A stretch of 64,000 nt of DNA from an uncultured bacterium (GCA_963749495.1 CAVVMW010000010.1:32001-96000), one strand, 5' to 3'; numbered from the stretch's first letter, positions 22,645 to 31,270 are shown. Program-made: numbers and translations. The notes: a model not told the origin generated them from the sequence alone.

Positions 22645-23158
22645 TTACCAAACCATTTCGGCCTTTGTTGATGGCGAGCTTGAGGCTGTGCAGGCCGCCA
22701 AAGTTGAGCATCATGTTGCCGCGTGCCCGAACTGTTGACGCTTCCTGGAAGATATGCAATGGGTCAATAGTTGCGGACGCGCCGCGCTGCGAGCTCTTCC
22801 CGTTGAGGAAGCGGTGGATGAGAAAATCGTTTGGCTCGGGGTGCCCTGGCGCAAGCGCATGCGGCCGGCTTTATTAGCAGCCGCTGCAATGGTGGTTGCC
22901 GGGCTGGCCATTTGGATTTGGTTGAGTGGAGGTAATGATAGCGGCCGCCAGCAGGCGCGGCATCAACTTGCGCCTGGCAGCGTCTCCGCGACGGGGGGAC
23001 CGGGCCATTCCACGGCGCAGACGACTCCGCATTTGAACAATGGGCGGCACGGTACAGGAAATTGGAAATTCCCCGTGTGCCGATGGAAGTAGCGGCAAGC
23101 TATAATCCCCCACCGATTTCTCCAGTCCAACTCAATGACATCGAAAGGAATCGTTAAT
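22631..23158 (+). pseudogene. zf-HC2 anti-sigma factor with in-frame TGA at 22736 and probable later frameshift
   Basis: MNCPDYQTISAFVDGEL..HVAACPNC* then in-frame RFLEDM..., TM segment LLAAAAMVVAGLAIWIWL. Confidence 0.75.
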
Positions 23159-23187
23159 GAAAAAGTCACTACCTGAACGGAGTCGCT

Positions 23188-24666
23188 TTGGAAGCGTTTG
23201 CTGTAGCCGCCGGCCTTGTGGCCTTGGTCCCGCACTGCCAGGGAAAGGCGTTTCCCGTTCCACCCGAAAACCACGCCGTCGAAAGAGCAATAACGGCAAC
23301 GAACCTGCAAGCGGTTGCCGCTGCAACCACCGATCCCGACGTGTGGCTCGGGCTTGCGCTGTTTCCGCAGCCTGGGCACCCGCTGCGGCATGAGCTTGTG
23401 GAAATGGCCCTGAAAACAAAACCACAATACGGTTCGATCGCCGTCGTTCTAACCACCGCCATGGATGGGGTGGACGACCAAGCCACGGCTGAACTCATCA
23501 GGCAGGATCCCGATAATGCACTCGGATATTATCTATTGGGAACTGGGGTATTCAAACCGCGTCACGAGAAGGAAGCGCTCGAAGCGTTTCGAAAAGCGGC
23601 AGAGTGCCGTGACCTGCGTGTTTACGGCGAGGCGGTCTCAAACGTGCTTTTTCAGGCGCTGGATGCCTTGAACCTGAAGGGGCTGGACCGGTTGTGCGCC
23701 GCGAGTTGGCTGGCAACGCGATGGCAAAACTTCGAGATCATAAACCTGCAGTCCCAGAGAGACGTGCTCCAACGATTGGCAAAGGACACCGACCTGCAAA
23801 CCCGGAAGGAAGTGTCCGACCTCATGCTGACGCTCGCCGGTCATTTAATCGGCAGCGACCTCTTTATGGGCCGGGTATTCGGAGAACGCGCACTCGTTGC
23901 CGCATTTCACTTGAAGGCGGACATTGCGGCGTCCGAAAGATCACCGACGATGAGCGGCTATGCTGGCGTGCTTCAAGCCCTCGTGAGCACAACGGTCAGT
24001 TGGCCCGGGCTCAAACACCGAGACCCGGTGGAATTGGCCAGCTTTCTCCCAAGCCGCATCTGGATCGCGTCGGAGTTCGCAGATGGCAATGGTCCGAGAT
24101 ACCTGCGCGGCAGGGAATCCAAACTCTCCGATGTTGATCGACCGGAATTCGAAAAGGCTAGAGACATTACAGCCAAGGCAGCGATAGCATTGATTGAAGC
24201 GGCCATGTCCGATCAGGATGAAGTCATTGGTGCCTACTTTCGCGGACATTTGCCACCTCCGACGAATGCTCCAGCTCCCTGGGTGACAGGTCAGACTTAC
24301 GTGGAACGGTTGATGGCGAGCAAACCGGCGCTCTTCACGGCTTTGGAGAATTACGAGGACGCCAGACTCGCTCTTGATCGTGTGGGCGATGCCAACTTGT
24401 CCGCGGAGAAAGGAGCTGGAGCGGCAGCGCCGGAGCCAGTGACAGCGGCGAAGAACGCGTGTATCACCAACCTGCGCCTAATTGATGGGGCAAAACAGCA
24501 ATGGGCACTCGGAATGGGAAAGCAACCCTCCGACACTCCTTTATGGTCCGATCTCCAGCCCTATTTTGGCCGGGGTATTCCGAAATGTCCATCGGGTGGC
24601 ATCTACAGTATAGGTTCGGTTGGTGAAAAACCAAAATGCAGCATCGCGGGACATGTGTGCCCATGA
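23188..24666 (+). CDS. Secreted helical/TPR-like protein with C-terminal pilin-like Cys domain; true start probably 23157 via a frameshift
   Basis: DPDNALGYYLLG; C-terminal KNACITNLRLIDGAKQQWAL..CPSGGIY..PKCSIAGH. Confidence 0.7.
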   Translation: MEAFAVAAGLVALVPHCQGKAFPVPPENHAVERAITATNLQAVAAATTDPDVWLGLALFPQPGHPLRHELVEMALKTKPQYGSIAVVLTTAMDGVDDQATAELIRQDPDNALGYYLLGTGVFKPRHEKEALEAFRKAAECRDLRVYGEAVSNVLFQALDALNLKGLDRLCAASWLATRWQNFEIINLQSQRDVLQRLAKDTDLQTRKEVSDLMLTLAGHLIGSDLFMGRVFGERALVAAFHLKADIAASERSPTMSGYAGVLQALVSTTVSWPGLKHRDPVELASFLPSRIWIASEFADGNGPRYLRGRESKLSDVDRPEFEKARDITAKAAIALIEAAMSDQDEVIGAYFRGHLPPPTNAPAPWVTGQTYVERLMASKPALFTALENYEDARLALDRVGDANLSAEKGAGAAAPEPVTAAKNACITNLRLIDGAKQQWALGMGKQPSDTPLWSDLQPYFGRGIPKCPSGGIYSIGSVGEKPKCSIAGHVCP

Positions 24667-24767
24667 GCTTGTCGGACGCGAAATCCTGTTCGCGTTGGAT
24701 TTCGAAGCAAGCCGCCTTTTTCTCCAGGAAGGGCTGTTCAATCATGCAATTTGCTATATCTGGAATT

Positions 24768-24817
24768 CACCCGCGTAGCATCAAAACCGGCGGCGCGGCA
24801 AAAAACCAAATTCCTAT
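24768..24817 (+). mobile_element. Stand-alone oriIS-like unit 2
   Basis: cacccgcgtagcatcaaaaccggcggcgcggcaaaaaaccaaattcctat followed by cagt; two mismatches to unit 1. Confidence 0.8.
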
Positions 24818-25212
24818 CAGTTGTTCTGGCATGAAGCGGTGGTGGGAGAGGCGCGCACGCCTTCAGAAGAGGAGGCGGGTTCAGTGCGCGTGCGCATCGT
24901 CTGAACGCCATTTCAGGAGCGCCCTATTCAGAGCCTGTCCCAAAATTGCGACAAAAGTCTGGAATTCCGGGCTAAGCGCCCGTGCAAGAATTAATCCCGA
25001 TTCTCTCACCGGGGGGCGCAGCCTGCTGGAGGCGCGGGCTCGGCTGCCGGCGTCCTAACTCGCGAAGCGCATGGAATGCGTCCAGCTTGCTGGCGCTTTC
25101 GTGAAGGGCCAACTTTTGCTACAAGCAGCCCTGATTTTCCCCGGAAAATTCCGGAATAAGCTCGACTCGGGCAACGGGCTTGTGGTATAACGCGACCATG
25201 ATCCTCATCAAG

Positions 25213-27060
25213 ATGCAGTCTTCCACAACGCGCCTGGCGACGAAGCCGCAATTGCTCGCCGGTCTGGTGCTTTCCCTCGTTGTTACAGGTCCGGGATTCG
25301 ATGCCGGTGCGCAGGCACAAGCCCAGGCTCCCACTCAACCACCGGGTTCTGCAACCTCCTCGGCAGTGCCTGCCCAGGCCGCGTTTGCCCCTGCGCGCAA
25401 GACCAGCTTCAAGGAGGTCACCAGCCAGCTTGATCCGGACGGCAGCGTCTTTGTCTATCTGGCGACAGACCAATGGCTTGCGGGCCTGTCGACGAACGTT
25501 TCGCGTCTGCGCGACGTGGTTGAGAATCTGCCTGGCATACCGGCGGCCGGCCGCGAACGGCTTGGCCGCGTGTTCAAGCTGCTGATTGAGGCCATTCCCC
25601 GCAGCGGCATCGAAGGCATTAGCGGCGTCGGCGTCAGCGGTGTGCAGATCACTGAGGGGTTGCACCGCTCCAAGCTGGTGCTCCACCACAACCCGGGCCA
25701 GGGCGAGGGCCTGCTCTGGAACCTGTTCGGCGGGCAGGCCCACCCGCTGCGCGCGATGGACATGCTGCCAAAAACCACGGCGCTGGCGGCCTTCGGCGAC
25801 CTGGACGCCATGCGGGCTTGGAACTTTATCGAGCGCGTTGTGTCGGACTCGGGAGATTCCGGGCTGGCAAACGGGCTCGGTGAGTGGCAACGAGGCTTCG
25901 AGCAAGGCGCAAAGCTCTCGTGGACAAACCTGCTGGCGTCCTTTGGAGGGGAAGCCGGCATCATCCTGACGCTGGACGATTCGCGCAAACTCACACTTCC
26001 GGTCCCGCCGCAAGCGGTTGATTTGCCGGAGCCGGGTCTGATCGTGGCAGTGAAAGTCAACAACGACACGCTGTTCGAGCGCGTCAGCCAGGAACTCAAG
26101 GCAAACCCGCAAACTGAGGTCAAAGAGGAGCCGGGCCTCAAGATGTGCGTGATGCCGCTGGGCCTTCCCCTGCCTGTGCCGGTGCAAGTGACCGTGGCCA
26201 GCAGCGGCGACTGGTTCTTCGCGGCAACCGCGCCGGAGTTGGTTCGCGCGGCGCTCGAGGCGCGGAGCGGCAAGGCCCCCGGCCTCGGCCAATCGGCCCA
26301 GTTCAAGGCACTCCGGCAATACCTGCCCGGCGAAGGCAACCAGTTCTTCTGCATCGACAAGCGGTTTTCGGAGGCCATCCGCGAGGTCCAGAAACAGGCG
26401 ATGCGGTCCAACCTCGCGGCGGCCGGACAAACGGCCCTTCTGGAATCGCTGCTGTTCTCGAAGGCGGCCGCGTTCGGTTTAGTCGTGGGGGCACACACAC
26501 CAACCGGCTGGGAGGTAGTTTCGGTGGGCAACCGCGATTCCCCGGGCACCCTGCTGATGGCCCCGGTCGCCGGCGGCATCGCGGTGGAGGCGGCGATGCT
26601 CCTGCCGGCGCTGGCCAGGGCCAAGGCGCGCGGTCAAAGCATCACTTGCGCCTACAACCTCAAGGTGATCGGCACAGCCTTTAAAGCCTGGGCCTTGGAC
26701 AACGGGAACCAGTTTCCCTTCAACGTCTCGACCAACAAGGGCGGCACCCTGGAATTGTGCGCGCGAGGCGGCGGCGGCTTTGACCAGAACTCCTTCAGGC
26801 ACTTCCTGATCATGTCCGGCTACCTGTCCACCCCGAAGGACCTGTCCGCCGCGAACACCCCGATGATTTTGGTCTGCCCGGCGGACTCTTCCCGGCAACC
26901 GGCCGCCGACTTTTTGAGTCTGCGCGCGGACAATGTGTCCTACCAGGTCCGATCCGGAACGAACGTCAACGAGACACAACCGCAGGAGGTCCTCGTTCGC
27001 TGCCCGATCCACGGCCACGAGCTTCTTTGCGATGGCAGTGTCCATTGGGCTGCGCTTTGA
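25213..27060 (+). CDS. Secreted protein with C-terminal pilin-like module
   Basis: Signal peptide; internal [25 protein letters not shown]..; C-terminal CPIHGHELLCDGSV; start uncertain (25198 or 25213). Confidence 0.75.
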   Translation: MQSSTTRLATKPQLLAGLVLSLVVTGPGFDAGAQAQAQAPTQPPGSATSSAVPAQAAFAPARKTSFKEVTSQLDPDGSVFVYLATDQWLAGLSTNVSRLRDVVENLPGIPAAGRERLGRVFKLLIEAIPRSGIEGISGVGVSGVQITEGLHRSKLVLHHNPGQGEGLLWNLFGGQAHPLRAMDMLPKTTALAAFGDLDAMRAWNFIERVVSDSGDSGLANGLGEWQRGFEQGAKLSWTNLLASFGGEAGIILTLDDSRKLTLPVPPQAVDLPEPGLIVAVKVNNDTLFERVSQELKANPQTEVKEEPGLKMCVMPLGLPLPVPVQVTVASSGDWFFAATAPELVRAALEARSGKAPGLGQSAQFKALRQYLPGEGNQFFCIDKRFSEAIREVQKQAMRSNLAAAGQTALLESLLFSKAAAFGLVVGAHTPTGWEVVSVGNRDSPGTLLMAPVAGGIAVEAAMLLPALARAKARGQSITCAYNLKVIGTAFKAWALDNGNQFPFNVSTNKGGTLELCARGGGGFDQNSFRHFLIMSGYLSTPKDLSAANTPMILVCPADSSRQPAADFLSLRADNVSYQVRSGTNVNETQPQEVLVRCPIHGHELLCDGSVHWAAL

Positions 27061-27071
27061 GCGTCCCGTTT

Positions 27072-27191
27072 CCCCTCACCCTGACCTTCTCCCAAGGGAG
27101 AGGGAACAGCACGGGACGGCCTTCGAGATTTCGAACCGCTTTCGCTACGCCAACGGACTGCGGGTAATTCTCCCTCTCTGCCGGGGAGAGG
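27072..27191. repeat. CCCTCACCC-family REP-like hairpins
   Basis: cccctcaccctgaccttctcccaagggagaggg and ctccctctctgccggggagaggg. Confidence 0.6.
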
Positions 27192-27192
27192 G

Positions 27193-27410
27193 CTACGGTC
27201 CGACCTGCACGCGGTAGAAGCGGCGTTTGTCTGTGGCGTTGGGGTCGGTCACGATGAACGAATTGGTCGTCGCGCTGTTGGTGACAAAGAGGGACGTCCA
27301 GTTGGTCGAACTCAAATTCGTGGACACCTGAACGGTGGAGTTTTGGTTGGCGGCGCCCGTCAGCCGCATCGTGAACTGGTTCGCCGCCCACGACGCAGAG
27401 CCAAGAACAG
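27193..27410 (-). pseudogene. C-terminal fragment of a surface protein, cut near oriIS unit 3
   Basis: NQFTMRLTG..VQVSTNLSSTNWTSL..DPNATDKRRFYRVQVGP*; no start codon. Confidence 0.6.
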
Positions 27411-27419
27411 GCTCGGCAT

Positions 27420-27469
27420 CACCCGCGTAGCGTCAAAACCGGCGGCGCGGCAAAAAACCAAATTCCTAT
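27420..27469 (+). mobile_element. Stand-alone oriIS-like unit 3 (group II intron inserted at its right end)
   Basis: cacccgcgtagcgtcaaaaccggcggcgcggcaaaaaaccaaattcctat. Confidence 0.8.
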
Positions 27470-28025
27470 GTGCAGCCTTCAACCTTGGCCATGCTCGCAG
27501 GTGAAAGTCCTGCCTCGGCAATGGATGGTTGGGCCGAGTAGTGATTAAGGAAAGTATGCCAAAGCAAAGAAGGGAAGGTGAGGCGAACGGCCCGCGAGGG
27601 CAAAGACCGCCTGGAGCAAGCCGAACAGGCCCACCTGTCCGCCGTAGCTTTAGCGAAGGCGGAAGCTGGACGGACTTCGTCAGACCGGCGCATCAGGCCG
27701 TAGTAGCGTTTGCAGGCGCGGGGATAATAAACCGTGCTGAGCCAAGGGCCTGTGGGCACAGCCGCGAACCGATACATCTGGACTCTGAGCCAGACGCGGA
27801 AAGGAACGCAGGCTCCGCGTCAAACGCAGCCGGGGACGGCTGCGGAAGGGCGCGGAGCGACAAGGCTGGCCTCCAACCGTACCGGGGAAAACTCGCCGTA
27901 CGGGATGACAAGAGGGGGTGGGGGAAACGTGGGCAGGACCTGATGGCCATTTGCCACGATGCTCGAAAGGGCAGAAACACAGGAAGCCATTGGTCTAAAC
28001 TGGTCGCGCCTCCGCTCCACTCGAC
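27470..28025 (+). ncRNA. ORF-less group II intron, 556 nt
   Basis: 5' GTGCAG; domain I GGTGAAAGTCC motif; domain V-like aaccgtaccggggaaaactcgccgtacgg at about 27875-27903; domain VI ending ccactcgac; removing it restores cctat^ca. Confidence 0.8.
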
Positions 28026-28066
28026 CAATAATTTTAGGGGGCGCCAAGGGATTACAAAAAAACCTC

Positions 28067-28110
28067 TTGACCGGGGGGCTGAACTGTCATAGTGTCGTAT
28101 AACAGCTAAA
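28067..28110 (+). promoter_or_regulatory. Promoter with YtrA-type GntR operator
   Basis: TTGACC-17-TAGTGT; imperfect palindrome ctgtcata-gtgtcg-tataacag directly upstream of the GntR ATG. Confidence 0.65.
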
Positions 28111-28115
28111 CAGTT

Positions 28116-28475
28116 ATGATCCTGCAAATCGATTTCCAGGCCGGCAAACCGGTTTACAGCCAACTGGCCGACCAGATCCGCTACGCGACGGCCTCCGGGC
28201 GGTTGCGGCCGGGCGAGGCCCTGCCCTCCCTGCGCCCCCAGGCGAAGGAGTTGCGCATCAACCGCAACACCATCGCCAAGTCCTATGCCGAGCTGCAAAG
28301 CCAGGGCATCATCGAGACGGTCCCCGGCAAAGGTTTCTTCATCAAGAAGAACGACTCGCCCTTCACGGAGGATGTGCGCCAGCGCCTGCTGCGGACGCAG
28401 ATCGACCAGGCGGTGACCCGCCCAGCGCTCAGTACCTGCGGGCGCCCAAAAAAACAAATTCTTATCAGTGCATGA
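28116..28475 (+). pseudogene. GntR (YtrA-like) regulator, 3' end replaced by oriIS unit 4
   Basis: [35 protein letters not shown]; after QIDQAV the frame reads through the ori unit. Confidence 0.8.
28415..28465 (+). mobile_element. Stand-alone oriIS-like unit 4 (variant)
   Basis: gacccgcccagcgctcagtacctgcgggcgcccaaaaaaacaaattcttat followed by cagt. Confidence 0.72.
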
Positions 28476-28669
28476 ACAGCAGTGTTTATGACCAGGACAG
28501 GGCAACCGCGGCAGAGTGTGGCGGCTTTCGGGGGTCGCATAGCACATCCATGAAAGAAATGCCGAAACCGCATGTGGCGAACCCCACGATAGCGTCACGG
28601 CGTCACTGGCGCGGGGTAGCTGATCTGGAACATCAACGCCGCGTGAGTGTTGGCCATGCCCCCTGTCCA

Positions 28670-29467
28670 ATGGACGTGAAAACGAAAGCGCCGAAACGCA
28701 CGTGGCCCACCCAGTGCCCCGGAGCGGCGTTCACGCTGGCCGAACTGCTGGTGGTCATTGCAATCATCGCCATCCTGGCAGCCCTTCTGCTCCCGACGCT
28801 TTCCAGGGCCAAGGCTCAGGCCCGCTCCACGGCTTGCAAAAACCATCTGCGCCAAATCGGCCTCGCTTTGGGGATGTATGTGTCAGACTACCGCCATTAC
28901 CCGCCCATGTGGGGCGAGGACACCGGCCCCTTTCAAACCTGGGCGGACCGGCTGTTTCCCTATGCCCCGCTCAACTGGACAAACCGCTCTTGGCACTGCC
29001 CGACATACATTGCAAATGGGGGAATTATACAAGTTGTTAAGCCGCCGCCCGTTAAGCGGGTCAGGGTTTTCACCAGCTATTCGTATAACGCCTATGGCAT
29101 CAGCCATGTCCCCGGGATTCACCCCGAAGGCTTCAGGTTGGGCCTGGGTGGCCATCCCGGTTCCAACCCCGCCGAGCCCGAAGTGCTGGCACCGAGTCAG
29201 ATGTTCGCCGTCTCCGATGCGAGGACTACACGGGACGGCGAGGGAACGTGGGGAAATGTCGCCATGAAAGCTTACTCGTTCACAATTTGCGAACTTGCGC
29301 CTCCCCACTCCCAGGCTTACAACACGCTCTTTTGTGACAGCCATGTGTTGCTCCTAAAACGAAAAGATTTACTCTATCCGCCGCGAACTGCGCACAACTG
29401 GAACCGGGATAACCAACCGCACCCGGAAGTTTGGGCACCCAGGAACCGGTGGGTCGTGCAAGAGTAG
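28670..29467 (+). CDS. Prepilin-type/DUF1559-like protein
   Basis: [39 protein letters not shown]-terminal [14 protein letters not shown]. Confidence 0.88.
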   Translation: MDVKTKAPKRTWPTQCPGAAFTLAELLVVIAIIAILAALLLPTLSRAKAQARSTACKNHLRQIGLALGMYVSDYRHYPPMWGEDTGPFQTWADRLFPYAPLNWTNRSWHCPTYIANGGIIQVVKPPPVKRVRVFTSYSYNAYGISHVPGIHPEGFRLGLGGHPGSNPAEPEVLAPSQMFAVSDARTTRDGEGTWGNVAMKAYSFTICELAPPHSQAYNTLFCDSHVLLLKRKDLLYPPRTAHNWNRDNQPHPEVWAPRNRWVVQE

Positions 29468-29507
29468 CGCGAGGGCAGGAAATTGGGTGCCAACCACCGA
29501 ATCGCTA

Positions 29508-29546
29508 ATCGGGTCGCCGGGAGGATCGCCGTCCCGGCTCCCACAT
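29508..29546 (-). mobile_element. Group II intron 3' end (domain VI) remnant
   Basis: Minus strand tgtgggagccgggacggcgatcctcccggcgacccgat is a D6-type hairpin with bulged A and an AT terminus. Confidence 0.55.
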
Positions 29547-29581
29547 GACCCGCGCAGCGCTCACCCGCGCAAGCGCTCAGT

Positions 29582-29631
29582 CACCCGCGCAAGCGTCAGT
29601 GCATGCGGGCGCGCAAAAAGCAATTTCTTAT
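29582..29631 (+). mobile_element. Stand-alone oriIS-like unit 5 (variant), preceded by two partial left halves (29547-29581)
   Basis: cacccgcgcaagcgtcagtgcatgcgggcgcgcaaaaagcaatttcttat. Confidence 0.72.
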
Positions 29632-29700
29632 GTGCAGCCTTCGACCTTGGACATGCTCGCAGGTGAAAGTCCTGCCTCGGCAATGGATGGTTTGGCCGAG
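29632..29700 (+). ncRNA. Group II intron 5' fragment
   Basis: gtgcagccttcgaccttggacatgctcgcaggtgaaagtcctgcctcggcaatggatggtttggccgag differs at only three positions from 27470-27538; no D5/D6 found downstream. Confidence 0.78.
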
Positions 29701-29925
29701 CACTGATAGCAGACTCCGGCGAGGGGAGACCCTGGCTGGGGCAAGCTCTGCCGTAAACGGGCGGGCCTGTCGGTGGCGCAAGTCAGCGGCGGGGACGGGC
29801 CAGCCGCTCCAGGCGGAAGGAACGAATGTTGCTTTGCGGAATCCCAGAATGAACAGCCCGCCGGTTTTCGCTTTTGGCTTGCTATCAGGCACCGGGTCGT
29901 GCTCCTTTCCCACTGGCCAAAGAGC

Positions 29926-31125
29926 ATGAAGCGAACCGTTATCGTATTGTGCAGCCTGCTGTGCTTGGCGGGCTTGCTCGTGGTCATCGCCTCATTGGGC
30001 TCGCCCAGCCCCAACGCTCCAAGGTTCGTCCCGATGCACTCGCAACCGGTTGGGACTTACACCTGGGCGAACTACGATTGGGGAGGCGCTGTGCCCGTTC
30101 AGGGCGGCAAGGTGTGGATCGAGACGCGCTCAAGCCTCACGAACTGGCACTGGTTTCTCTACGATGTGACCAACCGCTTGATAGTCGGGGAGTTGTTCAA
30201 GGCGTGGCCGGTCTTCTTCAATCACGACCAAACCAGGCTCTTGTGCGAGGGCGAGTCGCTGGAAGCGGACTGGAAATGGAAGCTTATCCGCTGGTTGCAG
30301 ACCTTCCCCATCGGCAAGAGCCTGGCCCGGAAAATGAATCGCCCCGAGGTCTTCTGGATCCTGAATCTCAAAGACGGGTCCGCAAGACGAGTCGGCCAAC
30401 TCTCACAATTCCAGGGCACTGGCAGCAGGTTCCTGCCTTCGCCAGGATTCCGTTACGGTGTGAACCGCCCCAGCACCAGTCCCGACACCGAGTGGTTCCT
30501 GTGCGATCTGGAAAGCAACCGTTTTGCGAGGCTGACCCTCAGCGGCCAGGTCGCAGGCTGGTGGGATGCGCAGAGCCTTTTGGTCAAAGACAAGGGGAGC
30601 AATTTCATGCTCTTCGACGTGGCGACGCGCCAAACCAACACGCTCTTCAGTGCCCGGGAGATTTCCAGCCTCCTGAAGCAGTTTGATCTGCCGGACGATC
30701 CGTCCGCGCTGGGCACTTTGCTCAACTGGAATGGGCATGACTACGATTTCTATTTCACCCTCGCCAAGGAAAAGAACTGGGGCGAGTCCTTCCTCCTGAA
30801 GGCCGACCGAGCCACCAGGACGCTGAGGCTGGTCAAACGGAACTTCAAATTCCACCATTTGGGCCGTCTGGACGCCGAGGGGGCGCATTACCTCTACGAG
30901 GGAGAAAGTGGCCCGCCCGGCACGGGAGGCAACGGTGGGGTCTATTTGCGTGACCTGTCTGACGACAGCGTGCAAACCCTCGTTGAGCCCGACAACCGCG
31001 GGCAGTATGCCCTGGCCCGCTTCTGCGCGGATGGGGTGATTTACTTGCGCAGCAAGCAGTTCTTCTGGGTGGACCTGCACGGCAGCAATGATGCGCCTTT
31101 GTTTCGGTCGGGTGAGAGCCGGTAA
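29926..31125 (+). CDS. Secreted 399-aa hypothetical protein, possibly beta-propeller (copy A)
   Basis: Signal/TM MKRTVIVLCSLLCLAGLL; paralog of equal length at 41169. Confidence 0.8.
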   Translation: MKRTVIVLCSLLCLAGLLVVIASLGSPSPNAPRFVPMHSQPVGTYTWANYDWGGAVPVQGGKVWIETRSSLTNWHWFLYDVTNRLIVGELFKAWPVFFNHDQTRLLCEGESLEADWKWKLIRWLQTFPIGKSLARKMNRPEVFWILNLKDGSARRVGQLSQFQGTGSRFLPSPGFRYGVNRPSTSPDTEWFLCDLESNRFARLTLSGQVAGWWDAQSLLVKDKGSNFMLFDVATRQTNTLFSAREISSLLKQFDLPDDPSALGTLLNWNGHDYDFYFTLAKEKNWGESFLLKADRATRTLRLVKRNFKFHHLGRLDAEGAHYLYEGESGPPGTGGNGGVYLRDLSDDSVQTLVEPDNRGQYALARFCADGVIYLRSKQFFWVDLHGSNDAPLFRSGESR

Positions 31126-31193
31126 TGCTGCTGAGAGGGCTTGGACTCTTCGTAGAGCAAAAGGCGCTCGGTTCGGCAGCCCGCTGAAAAATG

Positions 31194-31270
31194 CGCCCGG
31201 TGAGGGCACCCGGCCCACAGGGCACCTCGCATCCGGAGGAATTCCTGCAGGCCGCGTGCCGTCACACGGC
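31194..31270. repeat. REP-like inverted pair
   Basis: gcccggtgagggcacccggcccacag ... ctgcaggccgcgtgccgtcacacggc. Confidence 0.5.

Noticed and set aside
22736..22738. In-frame TGA after CPNC as selenocysteine, given the tRNA-Sec in the window
   Set aside because: The HxxxCxxC motif is already complete and this position is commonly Arg, so a CGA-to-TGA nonsense change is simpler; no convincing SECIS was seen
27529..28092. 187-aa ORF as an intron-encoded protein
   Set aside because: No RT motifs (no YADD); it reads through the structured RNA domains and past the intron end
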